The notes below the pieces were generated by a model. That model made no database searches, was not told where the DNA came from, and was given only the letters and a program-made list of their open reading frames with translations. From contig CAWCNY010000007.1 of NCBI GenBank assembly GCA_963797095.1, positions 96,001 through 160,000 of the forward strand: a stretch of DNA of 64,000 bases, written 5' to 3'. This stretch comes from an uncultured Chloroflexia bacterium (GTDB lineage Bacteria; Chloroflexota; Chloroflexia; QHBQ01; JADMIH01). Both the position numbers and the translations under genes were made by a program. Every line of letters starts with the position of its first letter. The stretch's first letter is position 1. Positions 51,225 to 61,765 of this stretch are shown here, one piece after another.

Positions 51225-51297
51225 GGTGAGCCTTTAGCAATCAATGAGAACGAAATGAAACACAATCGACCGTAAGATTCACTATAATATAGGACAG

Positions 51298-52260
51298 ATG
51301 CCAATAACTGCCATCGAGCCGAATATCGCGTTCATGGGTACACCGGAGTTCGCAGTGCCGTCATTGCGGGCGCTAGTGGAGGGGCCATACAGGATCACGG
51401 TGGTCACGCAGCCCGACCGTCCCGCCGGACGTGGCGGGAAGCTGACCCCACCGCCTGTGAAGGTAGTCGCAGAGGAGTTCGGGCTGGATGTGCTGCAACC
51501 CGACAGCCTGCGAGACCCCGCTTTCAGAGAGCGGTTCGCGGCGTTACAGCCGAAAGTGACGGTGCTTGTGGCCTACGGAGAATATGTGGCCCCGTCGCTG
51601 CTGGACCTTCCTGAGCGGGGCAGCGTCAACCTGCACCCATCACTGCTGCCGAGATGGCGAGGCAGCACGCCTATCCAGTCGGCCATACTGGCTGGTGACA
51701 ACGTTACGGGCGTGAGCATCATCAGGATGGACAAGGGGCTTGATACAGGGCCGATAATCGCGCAACGGAGCGTGCCAATCGAGCCTGAGGGGACGCACCC
51801 GGAGCTGAGCTGGCGGCTGGCGCGGATCGGTGCGGAATTGTTGGCAGAAACGCTTCCGCTATGGCTGAGAGGTGAGGTCGAGGCGAGGCCGCAGGATGAT
51901 AGCCAGGCCACCATGACACGGACCCTCTCGAAAGAAGACGGTCTGCTGGATTGGAACATGCCGGCTGAGCAACTGGCTAGAAGGGTGCGCGCACTTCAGC
52001 CGTGGCCGGGGACCTATACTTACTGGGAGGATCGTTTGCTCAAGGTCCTGCAAGCGCGACCGGCCAGGCAGAATATGCAGGGGAAACCTGGGACGGTTTC
52101 GATCCTGCCTGGTAACGAGAAGAACATTGTCGTGCAAACCGGGAAAGATTCCCTTCAACTGTTGAGGGTGCAACCGGCGGGAAAAGCGGCTATGGAGGCA
52201 CGAGCCTTGCTTGCAGGGTATCCTGAGATAGCAGGCAGTGTGCTGAAAAGTCGGCTGTGA
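51298..52260 (+). CDS. fmt: Methionyl-tRNA formyltransferase
   Basis: FMGTPEFA, TQPDRPAGRG, NLHPSLLPRWRG, PWPG. Confidence 0.97.
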   Translation: MPITAIEPNIAFMGTPEFAVPSLRALVEGPYRITVVTQPDRPAGRGGKLTPPPVKVVAEEFGLDVLQPDSLRDPAFRERFAALQPKVTVLVAYGEYVAPSLLDLPERGSVNLHPSLLPRWRGSTPIQSAILAGDNVTGVSIIRMDKGLDTGPIIAQRSVPIEPEGTHPELSWRLARIGAELLAETLPLWLRGEVEARPQDDSQATMTRTLSKEDGLLDWNMPAEQLARRVRALQPWPGTYTYWEDRLLKVLQARPARQNMQGKPGTVSILPGNEKNIVVQTGKDSLQLLRVQPAGKAAMEARALLAGYPEIAGSVLKSRL

Positions 52261-52373
52261 AACGAGGCGTGAAGTGGTGTATGAACTTGACGTACACCCC
52301 CCAAAAGTGTAGAAAGATAGTGTGGACCGGTCATAACCCGCAACCTGAAGTCCGCAAACAACCAAAGTAGAAT

Positions 52374-52943
52374 ATGCCAACCAATACACCTGAACCTCGG
52401 CTCCCGCTGGAGCCGGAAGAATACCCGCTCTATTCGCCGCCCAAGCGCATAGGTTGTTCGGCGTTAGCTATCCTGCCATTGTTGCTTGTGGCAGTGTTCG
52501 TGATCCTCTTCTTCCGGATCACACCCAACCTCGCGCAGGGGATGGTCAATCCAATCCGGCAGATACTGAATATTGAACTGCCGACGGTTGAGCCGACGCT
52601 TCCTCCCAACGAGGATGGTGGTTCGATGGCAACAATCACTGTAGCGGCGCCAACAAGGACACCTACTCACATACCAACAGCTACTCCTGTAATTCCTACA
52701 CCGCTACCTGAGGAGTACGTGCAGGTAGCCAACACAGGAGGGCAGGGAGTGCGATTGCGGGCCGAGCCGAAACTCGACGCAGACCGCGTGGATGGCCTGG
52801 CCGAAGGCGTGGTTTGCAAGGTCATCGGGACGGATGTGACTAACAGCGATGGAACGTGGCGCAACGTGGAAGTTGTGGACAGGAACGAAAAGGGGTGGGT
52901 GCTTAATCAGTGGCTTGCCCCTGCCGAGAAACCTAGTCCGTAG
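52374..52943 (+). CDS. Membrane-anchored SH3b-domain protein
   Basis: TM helix, PT linker, V.NT.G.GVRLR..P..W..V....GWV. Confidence 0.8.
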   Translation: MPTNTPEPRLPLEPEEYPLYSPPKRIGCSALAILPLLLVAVFVILFFRITPNLAQGMVNPIRQILNIELPTVEPTLPPNEDGGSMATITVAAPTRTPTHIPTATPVIPTPLPEEYVQVANTGGQGVRLRAEPKLDADRVDGLAEGVVCKVIGTDVTNSDGTWRNVEVVDRNEKGWVLNQWLAPAEKPSP

Positions 52944-53005
52944 TACATTACAATGCGGTTAGGGAACACCCTATTCATCGTTCTTTGTCATGCAGGGGTA
53001 CGGCT

Positions 53006-53509
53006 ATGAGCAAACAAAAATACGAACAAGAGATAGAAGAAATACTGAAGAAGTATGACGAAGAAAAAGGTAAGCGGGAACGGAACAGCGCGGACGCCGG
53101 GTCCCCAGGAGACCGCGTGAGCAACCCCAAGCCCAGGCCACCTATCGACTTCCGCGCGGCGCAATCCAGGCGTACCACTTATTCGCGCCCGCCACAGAAG
53201 AGCGGGCCATCCATGCCCAACTGGAAGCGCCTCAGTGCTGGGCAGTATATCGCCATGGCTATCGGGGCTGCGGTGCTGGCGGTGCTGGTTGGAAGAAGCA
53301 TCCCGATACTTACGGGTGTGCTGGTGATCCTATCTGCAATACTCTTTTTCATTCCCTTCGTGCTTTACCGGAGCACGGGCACGACCTCAGGCGGTTATTC
53401 GCCTACAGAGGAGAAGCGCTGGCGCGGGCAGCCTATTGACTACAGGCCGAATCAGAATGACGATGATGATCCTTTGGCCGGTGTCAAACGATGGCTGAAG
53501 AAGCGGTAG
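53006..53509 (+). CDS. Hypothetical membrane protein
   Basis: KYEQEIEEIL, two TM helices, EKRWRGQ. Confidence 0.75.
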   Translation: MSKQKYEQEIEEILKKYDEEKGKRERNSADAGSPGDRVSNPKPRPPIDFRAAQSRRTTYSRPPQKSGPSMPNWKRLSAGQYIAMAIGAAVLAVLVGRSIPILTGVLVILSAILFFIPFVLYRSTGTTSGGYSPTEEKRWRGQPIDYRPNQNDDDDPLAGVKRWLKKR

Positions 53510-53595
53510 TCTCTAAAAGTAGCACAATCGGGCGCTGAACACCCGATTGTGCTTCGCATGGAATCCATGCAAACATTTACTTGCACTCTTCGCGC

Positions 53596-54384
53596 TTAAT
53601 CTTCGGCCAGATTCTCTAGCGAGAGTTTCTCGGTTTCCGGTCTGCTCATCTCTAGCCATTCGAGGACGCGGTGGCTGGTTTCGGGGTCGTGAGGGGCGAA
53701 GCGATGGTCGCCGCCAGGGAGGAGCCAGCAGGTTTTCGGCTCTTCAACAGAATTGTAAATCCGCTCGCTGATATGCGAGGGAACCGATTGGTCGCCTTCG
53801 GAATGGACGAGCAGGAATGGGCGCGGGTGAATTCTGCGCGCCGACTTGACAACATCCAGCCTGTAAAGTAATTGCATGGTGGAATTGACGTTCACTCGCG
53901 GAGGATTGTCGGAAACCATTGGCGACTTATGGCCGCGCTGAACGAGGGCAACCTCTTCCATAGTAATCAGCATGATCGCTTCGGTGGGGGGGCAATATGC
54001 GATTACAGGAGAGACATCTCGCAGGTGGGCCGCGGTATGGATAGCGAGCCAACCGCCCATAGAGTTGCCCCGGATGGCGATGCTTGTGGGGTTTACTTCA
54101 GGACGTGATTGCAGATACTGGAGGGAGGCTGCTACGTCGTTGAAGATGTTGGAATCCACCTCGCCGCCACTTTCGCCGTGTCCACGCAAATCGGGCGCCA
54201 GCACAACGAAACCCCCCTCCGAGGCCATCTGTGCGAAATCGGCATGGTTCTCTTTGCACGAATCAAAGCCGTGACAGACAATTATACCGGGCCACCAATC
54301 GGCGGAGTCGGCGTTCCTCTGAGGCAGATAGAGGTTGGCCGCCAGGTCAACGCCGTCATAGGTTGTAAATTTCACTTGCTCCAT
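53596..54384 (-). CDS. Alpha/beta hydrolase
   Basis: HGF, DLRGHGES, GNSMGG, HSEGD..VP, GGDH. Confidence 0.9.
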   Translation of the reverse strand: MEQVKFTTYDGVDLAANLYLPQRNADSADWWPGIIVCHGFDSCKENHADFAQMASEGGFVVLAPDLRGHGESGGEVDSNIFNDVAASLQYLQSRPEVNPTSIAIRGNSMGGWLAIHTAAHLRDVSPVIAYCPPTEAIMLITMEEVALVQRGHKSPMVSDNPPRVNVNSTMQLLYRLDVVKSARRIHPRPFLLVHSEGDQSVPSHISERIYNSVEEPKTCWLLPGGDHRFAPHDPETSHRVLEWLEMSRPETEKLSLENLAED

Positions 54385-54401
54385 AGATTTGCCTCTCCGA
54401 A

Positions 54402-54556
54402 GACGAAGGACGAATGATAACTGGTGACGAGTGACGAGTGACGAGTGACGAGTGACGAGTGAGTAATGCATACTTCGTACTGCTTATTCTTTCGTCCTTC
54501 GTCGTCACCTATCACGTATCACGTATCACGTATCACGTATCACGTATCACGTATCA
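54402..54556. repeat. Composite nested heptamer arrays (GACGAAG / GTGACGA / CTTCGTC / TATCACG)
   Basis: Directly visible in the divergent intergenic region. Confidence 0.9.
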
Positions 54557-54628
54557 TGGTCTCGTTTGCGTTCTCTTTCACCCTTTGCTATAGTCTCATA
54601 GCCACTAATATACCAGGAGAAATCAGCT

Positions 54629-55979
54629 TTGTCTCAAATGAACACAATAGAATTCGGGTATCGGGAGCAGCTTGCACGCAAAATAGCGGATCGCACAGCC
54701 GTTGTGAGCGTTATCGGGCTGGGTTATGTGGGGCTGCCTCTTGCCGTGGAGTTTGCCAGGGCCGGGTTCCGAGTAGTCGCACTCGACCTCGACGAACGCA
54801 AGATCGCGGATATCAACGCCGGCCGCTCTTATATTAAGGATGCTGACGAGCCGGGATGTGAAGGAGGCGGTGGAGGCGAGCAGGTTGCACGCTACCAGCG
54901 ACTATCACTCTTTGCACGAAGTAGACACGATATCTATCTGCGTGCCGACGCCGCTCCGCAAGACCAAAGACCCCGACATATCCTTTATTGTGTCGGCAGC
55001 CGAGTCTATCGCCGCCAACTTCCGCCCAGGCCAGCTTGTAGTGCTTGAAAGCACTACCTACCCCGGTACTACGGACGAGATCATTTTACCACGCCTTTCG
55101 GCGGGAGGCTACACGGTTGGCCTCGACTTCTTCCTTGCGTTCTCGCCGGAGCGGGTAGACCCCGGCAATCCTCAGTTTCAGACGGCGAACATCCCCAAGG
55201 TGATGGGCGGCGTCACGCTTGCGTGCCGCGACCTGGCGACCGCCCTCTATTCGACCATCATCGAGCGGGTGATCCCGGTATCATCGACCGCTACAGCCGA
55301 GATGGTGAAATTGCTGGAGAACACGTTCAGAGCGGTAAATATCGGCATGGCAAACGAGCTTGCGATTATGTGCGCCAAGCTCGGAATAGATGTATGGGAG
55401 GTGATCGAGGCGGCGTCTACCAAGCCGTTCGGGTTCATGCCGTTCTACCCCGGGCCGGGGCTGGGAGGGCACTGCATACCGATCGACCCGCATTATCTAT
55501 CGTGGAAGCTGAAGACGTTGAATTACAATGCGCGGTTCATCGAATTGGCGTCCGAGATAAACACCAATATGCCCAATTATGTGCTCGATCTGGTGGCAGA
55601 CGCGCTGAACGACCGGGGCAAGCCGCTGCGGGGAAGCAAGGTGCTCGTACTGGGTGTTACATATAAGCGGGACATCGAGGATGTGCGCGAGTCGCCCGCG
55701 ATGGATATCATCAGCCTCCTTCAGAGCAAGGGAGCGCAGGCCGATTACCACGACCCATATGTGCCGACGCTCCAGATAGCGGAGCTGCGCGATGACCCGA
55801 TCACGATCAGCAGCATTGAGCTTAGCGAGAAGACAATCAGGGCTTATGATGTGGTGGTTATCGTCACGGACCACATTTCATACGATTATGATTGGATCGT
55901 GCGCAACTCGAAGCTGGTGGTAGATACCAGGAACGCCACCAGGAATGTGCACGATAAGGGCAACATCAGAAGATTATAA
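54629..55979 (+). pseudogene. UDP-glucose/UDP-GlcNAc 6-dehydrogenase family, frameshifted near 54840
   Basis: GLGYVGLP in one frame; CVPTP, ESTTYPG, SPER, KLLENTFR, GGHCIP.DP in the next; a 2-nt restoration gives KDVLTS. Confidence 0.88.
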
Positions 55980-55984
55980 GGTCG

Positions 55985-57271
55985 ATGTTCCGCACACTCC
56001 TTAGAGACGAATCGAATCACTTCCGCGTCGTTGATGACCCATCGGCTATCAGCGAGATCGTCATGCATAAAGAGCGCCTTTTGTGGCTCGATGTGGAGAG
56101 TCCCACCGCCGCCGAGCTTGGGATGATCCAGGAAGAGTTCAGTTTGCACCCCCTCGCCATCGAGGACGCGGCCACGCGCCACCAGCGCCCCAAGGTGGAC
56201 CAGTACGACAATTTCTACCTGGTGATCTTCTATTCGGTCGAACTGGACGTGCCGGGCGAGGCTGTTCTGCAAGGGAGGCGCGGCTTGCGCGGCAGCGCGT
56301 TCCACGATGGGTACGAAGGCATGAGTGAAACTGCCGGGGCTGGTCCGTTTGAGCGCGAATCGGCCCAGGATAATGTAATCGCAGAACACCTGACACAGGA
56401 AGTCGCCAACGATACCGACGAGCGGGTGGTGTTACGCGAGTTGACGCTTTTCATGGGCGAGAATTACCTGATAACGGTGCACAATTACCCGGTCCCCGAG
56501 TTGGACGAGGCCGCGAAGCGGTGGCGGCGAAACGCCGAGATCATCACGACCGAGCACGAAAAGCCGGAGGAGGTGCCTGGCACCCGCCGTCTCAAACCGC
56601 AGGACGAGTCTCAGTTCAAGCGCACAGGCTCGCCGGCGGGCAACGGGAGCAATGTGGGTGCAGGTGCAAACGATACGCAGGGGCCACAAACCGCGCAACG
56701 AGTAAGTGGGGTAGGCATTCTCCTCTATTCGCTGCTAAACTCGATTGTCGATAGCTACTTCCCGACAATCGATAGCATTGTTGAGCGTGTGGAGGGCCTG
56801 GAAGAGCAGATATTCGAGCGGTTCGATCAGAGGTCTATCGAATCGATCTTCACTCTGAAGAAGGACCTGCTTACGCTTCGCAAGGTGCTCGCCCCTGAAC
56901 GCGATGTGTTGAACGTGCTGATCCGCCGCGATCTCCCGATCTTCGATGAGCATACTATCGTTTACTTCCAGGATGTGTACGATCATGTAGTGCGCATCAC
57001 CGACAGCATAGACACCTACCGCGACCTGCTATCGAGCGCTCTGGACAGCTATCTTTCGATGCAAAGCAACCGCCTCAACATCACAGTGCAGACGCTGACC
57101 TCGGTTTCTATCATGCTGATGAGCATTGCCACGATTACAGGCTGGTACGGGATGAACTTCACCATGATGCCTGAGCTAAACTCCACATTAGGTTACCCGG
57201 GCGTTATTCTGCTGGTGGCTGTGATCGTGGTTATTGAATATATCTTCTTCAAGCGCAGGGGATGGCTGTAA
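55985..57271 (+). CDS. corA: Mg/Co transporter CorA with two low-complexity insertions
   Basis: LHPLAIED..HQRPK, YFQDVYDH, YGMNF..MPEL. Confidence 0.93.
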   Translation: MFRTLLRDESNHFRVVDDPSAISEIVMHKERLLWLDVESPTAAELGMIQEEFSLHPLAIEDAATRHQRPKVDQYDNFYLVIFYSVELDVPGEAVLQGRRGLRGSAFHDGYEGMSETAGAGPFERESAQDNVIAEHLTQEVANDTDERVVLRELTLFMGENYLITVHNYPVPELDEAAKRWRRNAEIITTEHEKPEEVPGTRRLKPQDESQFKRTGSPAGNGSNVGAGANDTQGPQTAQRVSGVGILLYSLLNSIVDSYFPTIDSIVERVEGLEEQIFERFDQRSIESIFTLKKDLLTLRKVLAPERDVLNVLIRRDLPIFDEHTIVYFQDVYDHVVRITDSIDTYRDLLSSALDSYLSMQSNRLNITVQTLTSVSIMLMSIATITGWYGMNFTMMPELNSTLGYPGVILLVAVIVVIEYIFFKRRGWL

Positions 57272-57461
57272 AGATTTCGGATTGCGGATTTTGGATTCGT
57301 GCTAACAGGGGAAGGGGTCATTGAACTTACAGGGTGGGGAAAGTGTAGTCTTAATTCAAAGAGGCTCTAAAACGTCAAACATCCTGGGCTGGCAAGGGAT
57401 ATTATTAGCAGAACAATAGCCTCCCAGGATCTTCCTGATTTTTGAACTCGAGTTTTTTTGC

Positions 57462-58124
57462 ATGAACGAGCGTGAAGCCATAGCTCGCCTGAAGAAGCGA
57501 GATATAAGCGGGTTGGAGTACCTGGTAATGGAATATCAGGTGCAGGCCACCCGCATAGCCTACCTCATCTGCCGCGATGAAGCGCTCGCGCAGGATATAG
57601 TGCAGACCCTCTTTATTCGCGCTTACGAGCGGATCGAACAGTTCGATGCCTCTATGCCGTTCGGCCCCTGGTTCTTCCGAAGCGTCGCCAACGACGCCAT
57701 CAAGGCGGCAGCACGCCGAGAGCGCATCTTATCGCTGGACGACGAAGCAGGCACATGGGCCGCAGAGTGGGAAGCCACCAGGGTCGCCCCCGACTTGGAG
57801 GAGAGGCTGGAACGGCTGGAGACGAGTGCGGCGGTAAGCGCCGCCATAGAGCAGTTACCTCCTGACCAGCGGGCGGCCATAGTGATGCGCTACTACCTGG
57901 AGCTAAGCGACGAGGAGATGTCCGAGAAGCTGGAGTGCGCGAAGAGCACAGTCCGGTGGAAGCTACACACTGCAAGGCGCAAACTACGCGGATTGCTCTC
58001 AGGGTGGGCAGCCTCGCCTGACGGTGAGCACGGGAGCGCGCCTGAGCTGGCTGAGATACCGGTCGATTCCAGCATGAGCCACAGAACAGTGGCAGCCTTT
58101 GTGAAAGGAGGCGACGCGCTATGA
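57462..58124 (+). CDS. ECF sigma factor
   Basis: AQDIVQ..F, F.PW.FR..ND, LP..QR..IVMRY..LS..E, TVRW.LH.AR. Confidence 0.93.
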   Translation: MNEREAIARLKKRDISGLEYLVMEYQVQATRIAYLICRDEALAQDIVQTLFIRAYERIEQFDASMPFGPWFFRSVANDAIKAAARRERILSLDDEAGTWAAEWEATRVAPDLEERLERLETSAAVSAAIEQLPPDQRAAIVMRYYLELSDEEMSEKLECAKSTVRWKLHTARRKLRGLLSGWAASPDGEHGSAPELAEIPVDSSMSHRTVAAFVKGGDAL

Positions 58125-58948
58125 GCGACAAAGAGCGCATTAGCGGGCATACACACGGCAGAACGCGCATAGCACGCGCCCTGCACGAAGACGCAAGCAG
58201 GATCATAAGCGACGACCTCAACCTGTGGCCGCAGATACGGACGCGTATGACTGAAACGCAGGAGGACAGCGGGGTAAGAGGTGGATTGTCGGCTCGTGCA
58301 GAGCACGAGGAGTTGCCGGCGAGGCAAGGCAGGGCTATCCGGAGCACTGGACGTGAGGGCAACCGTCACTTCAACCTGACGCGGATGCTCCCATCGGCAT
58401 TGATGGCCGTGTGTATGGTGGCCTTCCTGCTGGGGGCTTACCTGCTACCCAACAACACCGCAGTACCCCACAACACCGTCCTCAACGCCTGCGACCTGAT
58501 CACCCAGTCAGAGGTTGAGAACCTGACCGGCACTTCGATGGATCAGTTCCGGTGGCAGCCTAATTTGTCCGAACTGGTAGCGTGCGCCTATTTCGGCCAG
58601 GACGAGATGATCAACGTAATGGTGGCTAACTTCAAGAGCGAAGAGGAGGCCAACAATTACCTGGAAACCATTCGGCCCGACCTTGCCACCGGCCTGGAGG
58701 CCCAGCAAGCAACGTCCGGCTACGGCCAGGGAGGCATGGGCGGACGAAGGATAGATGTCAGCGGCGATGAGGCCTTCTCCAACTCGCGCACTCCCAGCAA
58801 TCGCAATATCAGTTTCTGGGACGTGCTGGTGAGCCAGCATAACCGCTACTTCATCATTACCTGGATGACCAGCGCCTCAAGGCCCGACCCCACGTCTCAG
58901 ATGCAAGACCTGGCCCGGTTGGTGGCTTCGCGCCTTCCCGCCAGGTAA
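58121..58948 (+). CDS. Putative anti-sigma factor (one TM helix, Cys-containing extracellular domain)
   Basis: ATGA overlap with the sigma gene; NLWPQIR; ACDLIT..EV..C.Y. Confidence 0.7.
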   Translation: MSDKERISGHTHGRTRIARALHEDASRIISDDLNLWPQIRTRMTETQEDSGVRGGLSARAEHEELPARQGRAIRSTGREGNRHFNLTRMLPSALMAVCMVAFLLGAYLLPNNTAVPHNTVLNACDLITQSEVENLTGTSMDQFRWQPNLSELVACAYFGQDEMINVMVANFKSEEEANNYLETIRPDLATGLEAQQATSGYGQGGMGGRRIDVSGDEAFSNSRTPSNRNISFWDVLVSQHNRYFIITWMTSASRPDPTSQMQDLARLVASRLPAR

Positions 58949-58970
58949 GCCCGCCTCAAATAGACCCATC

Positions 58971-59972
58971 ATGGCCGAAGCACTAGCTGCCCCGCAAGCC
59001 CACGACCAGGCACTTGTAACTGCTGATAGGATAGAGACGCAGTTTGCTATGGTCTGGCGGCGATTTCGCAGGCACAAAGCCGGTATCGCGGGGATTGTTG
59101 TGCTGCTGTTGCTGGCGGTGTCTTGCATATTGGTGCCGGTGTTCAGCTCATTCGACCTCTACACGGTAAATCCGGCGCAGCGATATGCCAATTTCGGGGA
59201 AACCGATATTCTGGTGGGCGGCACGCACTGGCTCGGAACGGACTGGCTCGGACGCGACGAGATGGTGCGGCTCTTCTTCGCAGGGCGCACTTCACTCTTT
59301 GTGGCGCTTTTATCTACAGCTTTAGTAGTGATAATCGGATCGGTGGTAGGGGGCGTCGCGGGGTTCTACGGAAGTTGGGTGGACACGTTCGTCATGCGGT
59401 TCACAGATTTCTTGCTGGCCCTGCCGCTGCTACCTCTATTTCTGTTCGCGCTCAGGTTCCTGCGTGAAAGCCAGGCGCTTACAACTATGTGGCAGAACCA
59501 GGACTCGAACACGTTTATAACAATCGTGGCTATCAGTGGCGTGTTTACTCTGTTCGGGTGGATGGGGTTGGCTCGATTGGTGCGCGGGTCGGTGCTAACG
59601 TTGCGCACGCAGACTTATATCGAGGCAGCACGCGCCCTGGGGGTAAGCAACCGCCGCATTATCTTCCGCCACCTGCTGCCCAACACGATAGCGCCCATAC
59701 TGGTGTCGGCTACTTTCGCCGTCGGCGATTTCATTATCCTGGAGGCTGTGCTGGCCTACTTCAATCAGGGGATCAACGACCCGCCGCTCCCTTCATGGGG
59801 CAATATGATCGTTTCCACTCAGAGCCTGGCTTTCGGCATCACGGAGCTTAATCCGTTTGTGAATGTGCGCGGCTGGCTATTCCTGATGCCCGGCTTTATG
59901 GTGGTAGCTGCCGTGTTGTCTATCAACTACATAGGTGACGCGCTCAGGAGCGCTCTCGATCCGCACCAGTGA
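58971..59972 (+). CDS. Oligopeptide ABC permease (OppC/DppC type)
   Basis: HWLGTD.LGRD, EAARALG..RIIFRHLLPN, SWGNM, GDALR.ALDP. Confidence 0.93.
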   Translation: MAEALAAPQAHDQALVTADRIETQFAMVWRRFRRHKAGIAGIVVLLLLAVSCILVPVFSSFDLYTVNPAQRYANFGETDILVGGTHWLGTDWLGRDEMVRLFFAGRTSLFVALLSTALVVIIGSVVGGVAGFYGSWVDTFVMRFTDFLLALPLLPLFLFALRFLRESQALTTMWQNQDSNTFITIVAISGVFTLFGWMGLARLVRGSVLTLRTQTYIEAARALGVSNRRIIFRHLLPNTIAPILVSATFAVGDFIILEAVLAYFNQGINDPPLPSWGNMIVSTQSLAFGITELNPFVNVRGWLFLMPGFMVVAAVLSINYIGDALRSALDPHQ

Positions 59973-59973
59973 T

Positions 59974-60060
59974 GGTAGTCGGAGGTTCCAAGTTCCAAGT
60001 TCCAAGTTCCAAGTTCCAAGTTCCTGAGCTCTGACTACCGACTACCGACTACCGACTACT
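59974..60060. repeat. Nested arrays: GGTAGTCGG - (GTTCCAA)x~6 - (GACTACC)x4
   Basis: Directly visible; the flanks are reverse complements. Confidence 0.9.
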
Positions 60061-60067
60061 AACAACT

Positions 60068-61291
60068 ATGTCCACTTATCTTATACGCCGATTCTTTCAG
60101 ACGCTGGCCTTTATTTTCGTTGCATGGCTGGCGGTTTATACTGTGCTCGTTTACGTGATGCCGAACGGGCCGAGAGCCAGGTATGCACGGGCGCTTGAAA
60201 GCGGAGGGATAGATATTATTCAGACGGGAACGCAGGTATTTCCCGCTACGGCATTTGCGATGGAATACCAGTACAAGGTCGATAAGCCGTGGCCCTTCAG
60301 TTTCCTGACCTGGCTGTTCGATCCGAGTGATACGACGGAGACGGTGTTTGATGAAAACAACGATCAGGTGGAGGTGACCAAGGGGATCGATATTGCGATT
60401 GGCCCTGTACGCTTGAGAGGGTCGGGGATATTGACAGGCAACTTCGGCTACGTGGAGCGCACTTCGGGGCTGGGTATTAGCCGCCCTGAGCCTGTAATGG
60501 ATGTGATCGGGTCGAGGTGGGGCAATACGGTGAGTATGATTGGGTTGGCTTTTATAGTGGCTTTGCTGCTGGCGATCCCGGTGGGGATCATTGCGGCGGT
60601 GAGGCAGCGGACTATGCTTGACAATGCGCTCACGTTTGCGACTTTCACGGGGTTTTCCATACCACCGTTCATGCTGGGTATGCTGATGGTGATCATATTC
60701 GGGGTGCTGCCCTACCAGTTCAGGGCGCGATTCGGGTGGGATTGGCTGCCGTTCTTTCCGGCGGCGTATGTGGCAGATAGCTCGGACCTGTACGATAGTA
60801 TCCCCAATCGGTTATACCACCTGGTGCTTCCTGTGGCGACGCTGGCCTTACCGCAGATTGCGTTGTTATCAAGGCAGGTGCGGTTTTCTATGCTGGAGGT
60901 GATGAAGCAGGACTTTATACGCACGGCGTGGGCGAAGGGGGTATCGGCGCGGCGGGTGATCCTGAAGCATACGTTTCGCAACGCGCTGATCCCGATTATT
61001 ACGACTATAGGGCTGGCGATCCCTGTGATTCTTTCGGGGGCGATCATGGTGGAGTCGATTTTCAGCTATGCAGGCATGGGGCAGCTTTACTACCGAGCAC
61101 TGGGGGGATGCCTGGCGACAGGTCCTTCTGTGGAGTTTTTCTGTCCACCTGACCAGCGCCTGCTGCCGCTTGATTATCCCACTACGCTTGCGCTTACTTT
61201 GCTAATCATTGTGGTGGTGGCGTTCTCAAACATGATCGCTGATGTTCTTTATACGTTCGCGGACCCTCGTATCAGCTACAAATCGCGCTAG
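60068..61291 (+). CDS. Oligopeptide ABC permease (OppB/DppB type)
   Basis: YLIRR, HLVLP, MLEV..QDFIRTA.AKG, H.FRNALIP, ADPRI. Confidence 0.93.
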   Translation: MSTYLIRRFFQTLAFIFVAWLAVYTVLVYVMPNGPRARYARALESGGIDIIQTGTQVFPATAFAMEYQYKVDKPWPFSFLTWLFDPSDTTETVFDENNDQVEVTKGIDIAIGPVRLRGSGILTGNFGYVERTSGLGISRPEPVMDVIGSRWGNTVSMIGLAFIVALLLAIPVGIIAAVRQRTMLDNALTFATFTGFSIPPFMLGMLMVIIFGVLPYQFRARFGWDWLPFFPAAYVADSSDLYDSIPNRLYHLVLPVATLALPQIALLSRQVRFSMLEVMKQDFIRTAWAKGVSARRVILKHTFRNALIPIITTIGLAIPVILSGAIMVESIFSYAGMGQLYYRALGGCLATGPSVEFFCPPDQRLLPLDYPTTLALTLLIIVVVAFSNMIADVLYTFADPRISYKSR

Positions 61292-61312
61292 CGGTACAAA
61301 GAGCGCATTCTA

Positions 61313-61353
61313 AACAAAGGAAGTTGGCGGTGAGATCGCCAACTTCCTTTGTT
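61313..61353 (+). terminator. Intrinsic terminator
   Basis: AACAAAGGAAGTTGGCG-N7-CGCCAACTTCCTTTGTT. Confidence 0.85.
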
Positions 61354-61457
61354 AGGACGTTCCAGGCGTGAATGCGAAAGGCGCGTGGATGCGCGAAAGG
61401 AAAAGGAGTAGTACTAAAGTACTGGAAAATTGCTAGCCGGCAAAAGTGAATATTCCC

Positions 61458-61486
61458 TTGCAATCCCATTGTGGAATAGATATACT
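61458..61486 (+). promoter_or_regulatory. Sigma70-type promoter
   Basis: TTGCAA-17 bp-TATACT. Confidence 0.65.
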
Positions 61487-61765
61487 CTTTGCATTCTTTC
61501 GCGACCACAGGGGCGCCGAAGGCAGCGAAAGGACCCAAAGGCGGCAAGGTAGCGTATGGCGAAACGGCCAGCGATTTGCAGCAATAAAGGCCACAGGCTC
61601 GACAAGAGGTCATCGTAGGATAGAGCGAAATAGGTTAGCTCATCACTAATACGAATAGCCTCACGGGCGCGTGGCCTTTTTGCTTGTATGGCGTTTTGGC
61701 TAGAAGCGCTTACGCAATTGCCGAATCGAGAGAAGGGAAGACAGAGAGAGCAAAGGAGAAGAAGC

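Noticed and set aside
52291-52310. Fourth copy of the bipartite motif (GTACACCCCCCAAAA)
   Set aside because: Only a partial box A and no box B; may be chance
61510-61540. Glycine riboswitch (CGCCGAAGG..AAAGGAC)
   Set aside because: Lacks the GGAGA and CTCTCAGG elements, and the downstream gene is unrelated
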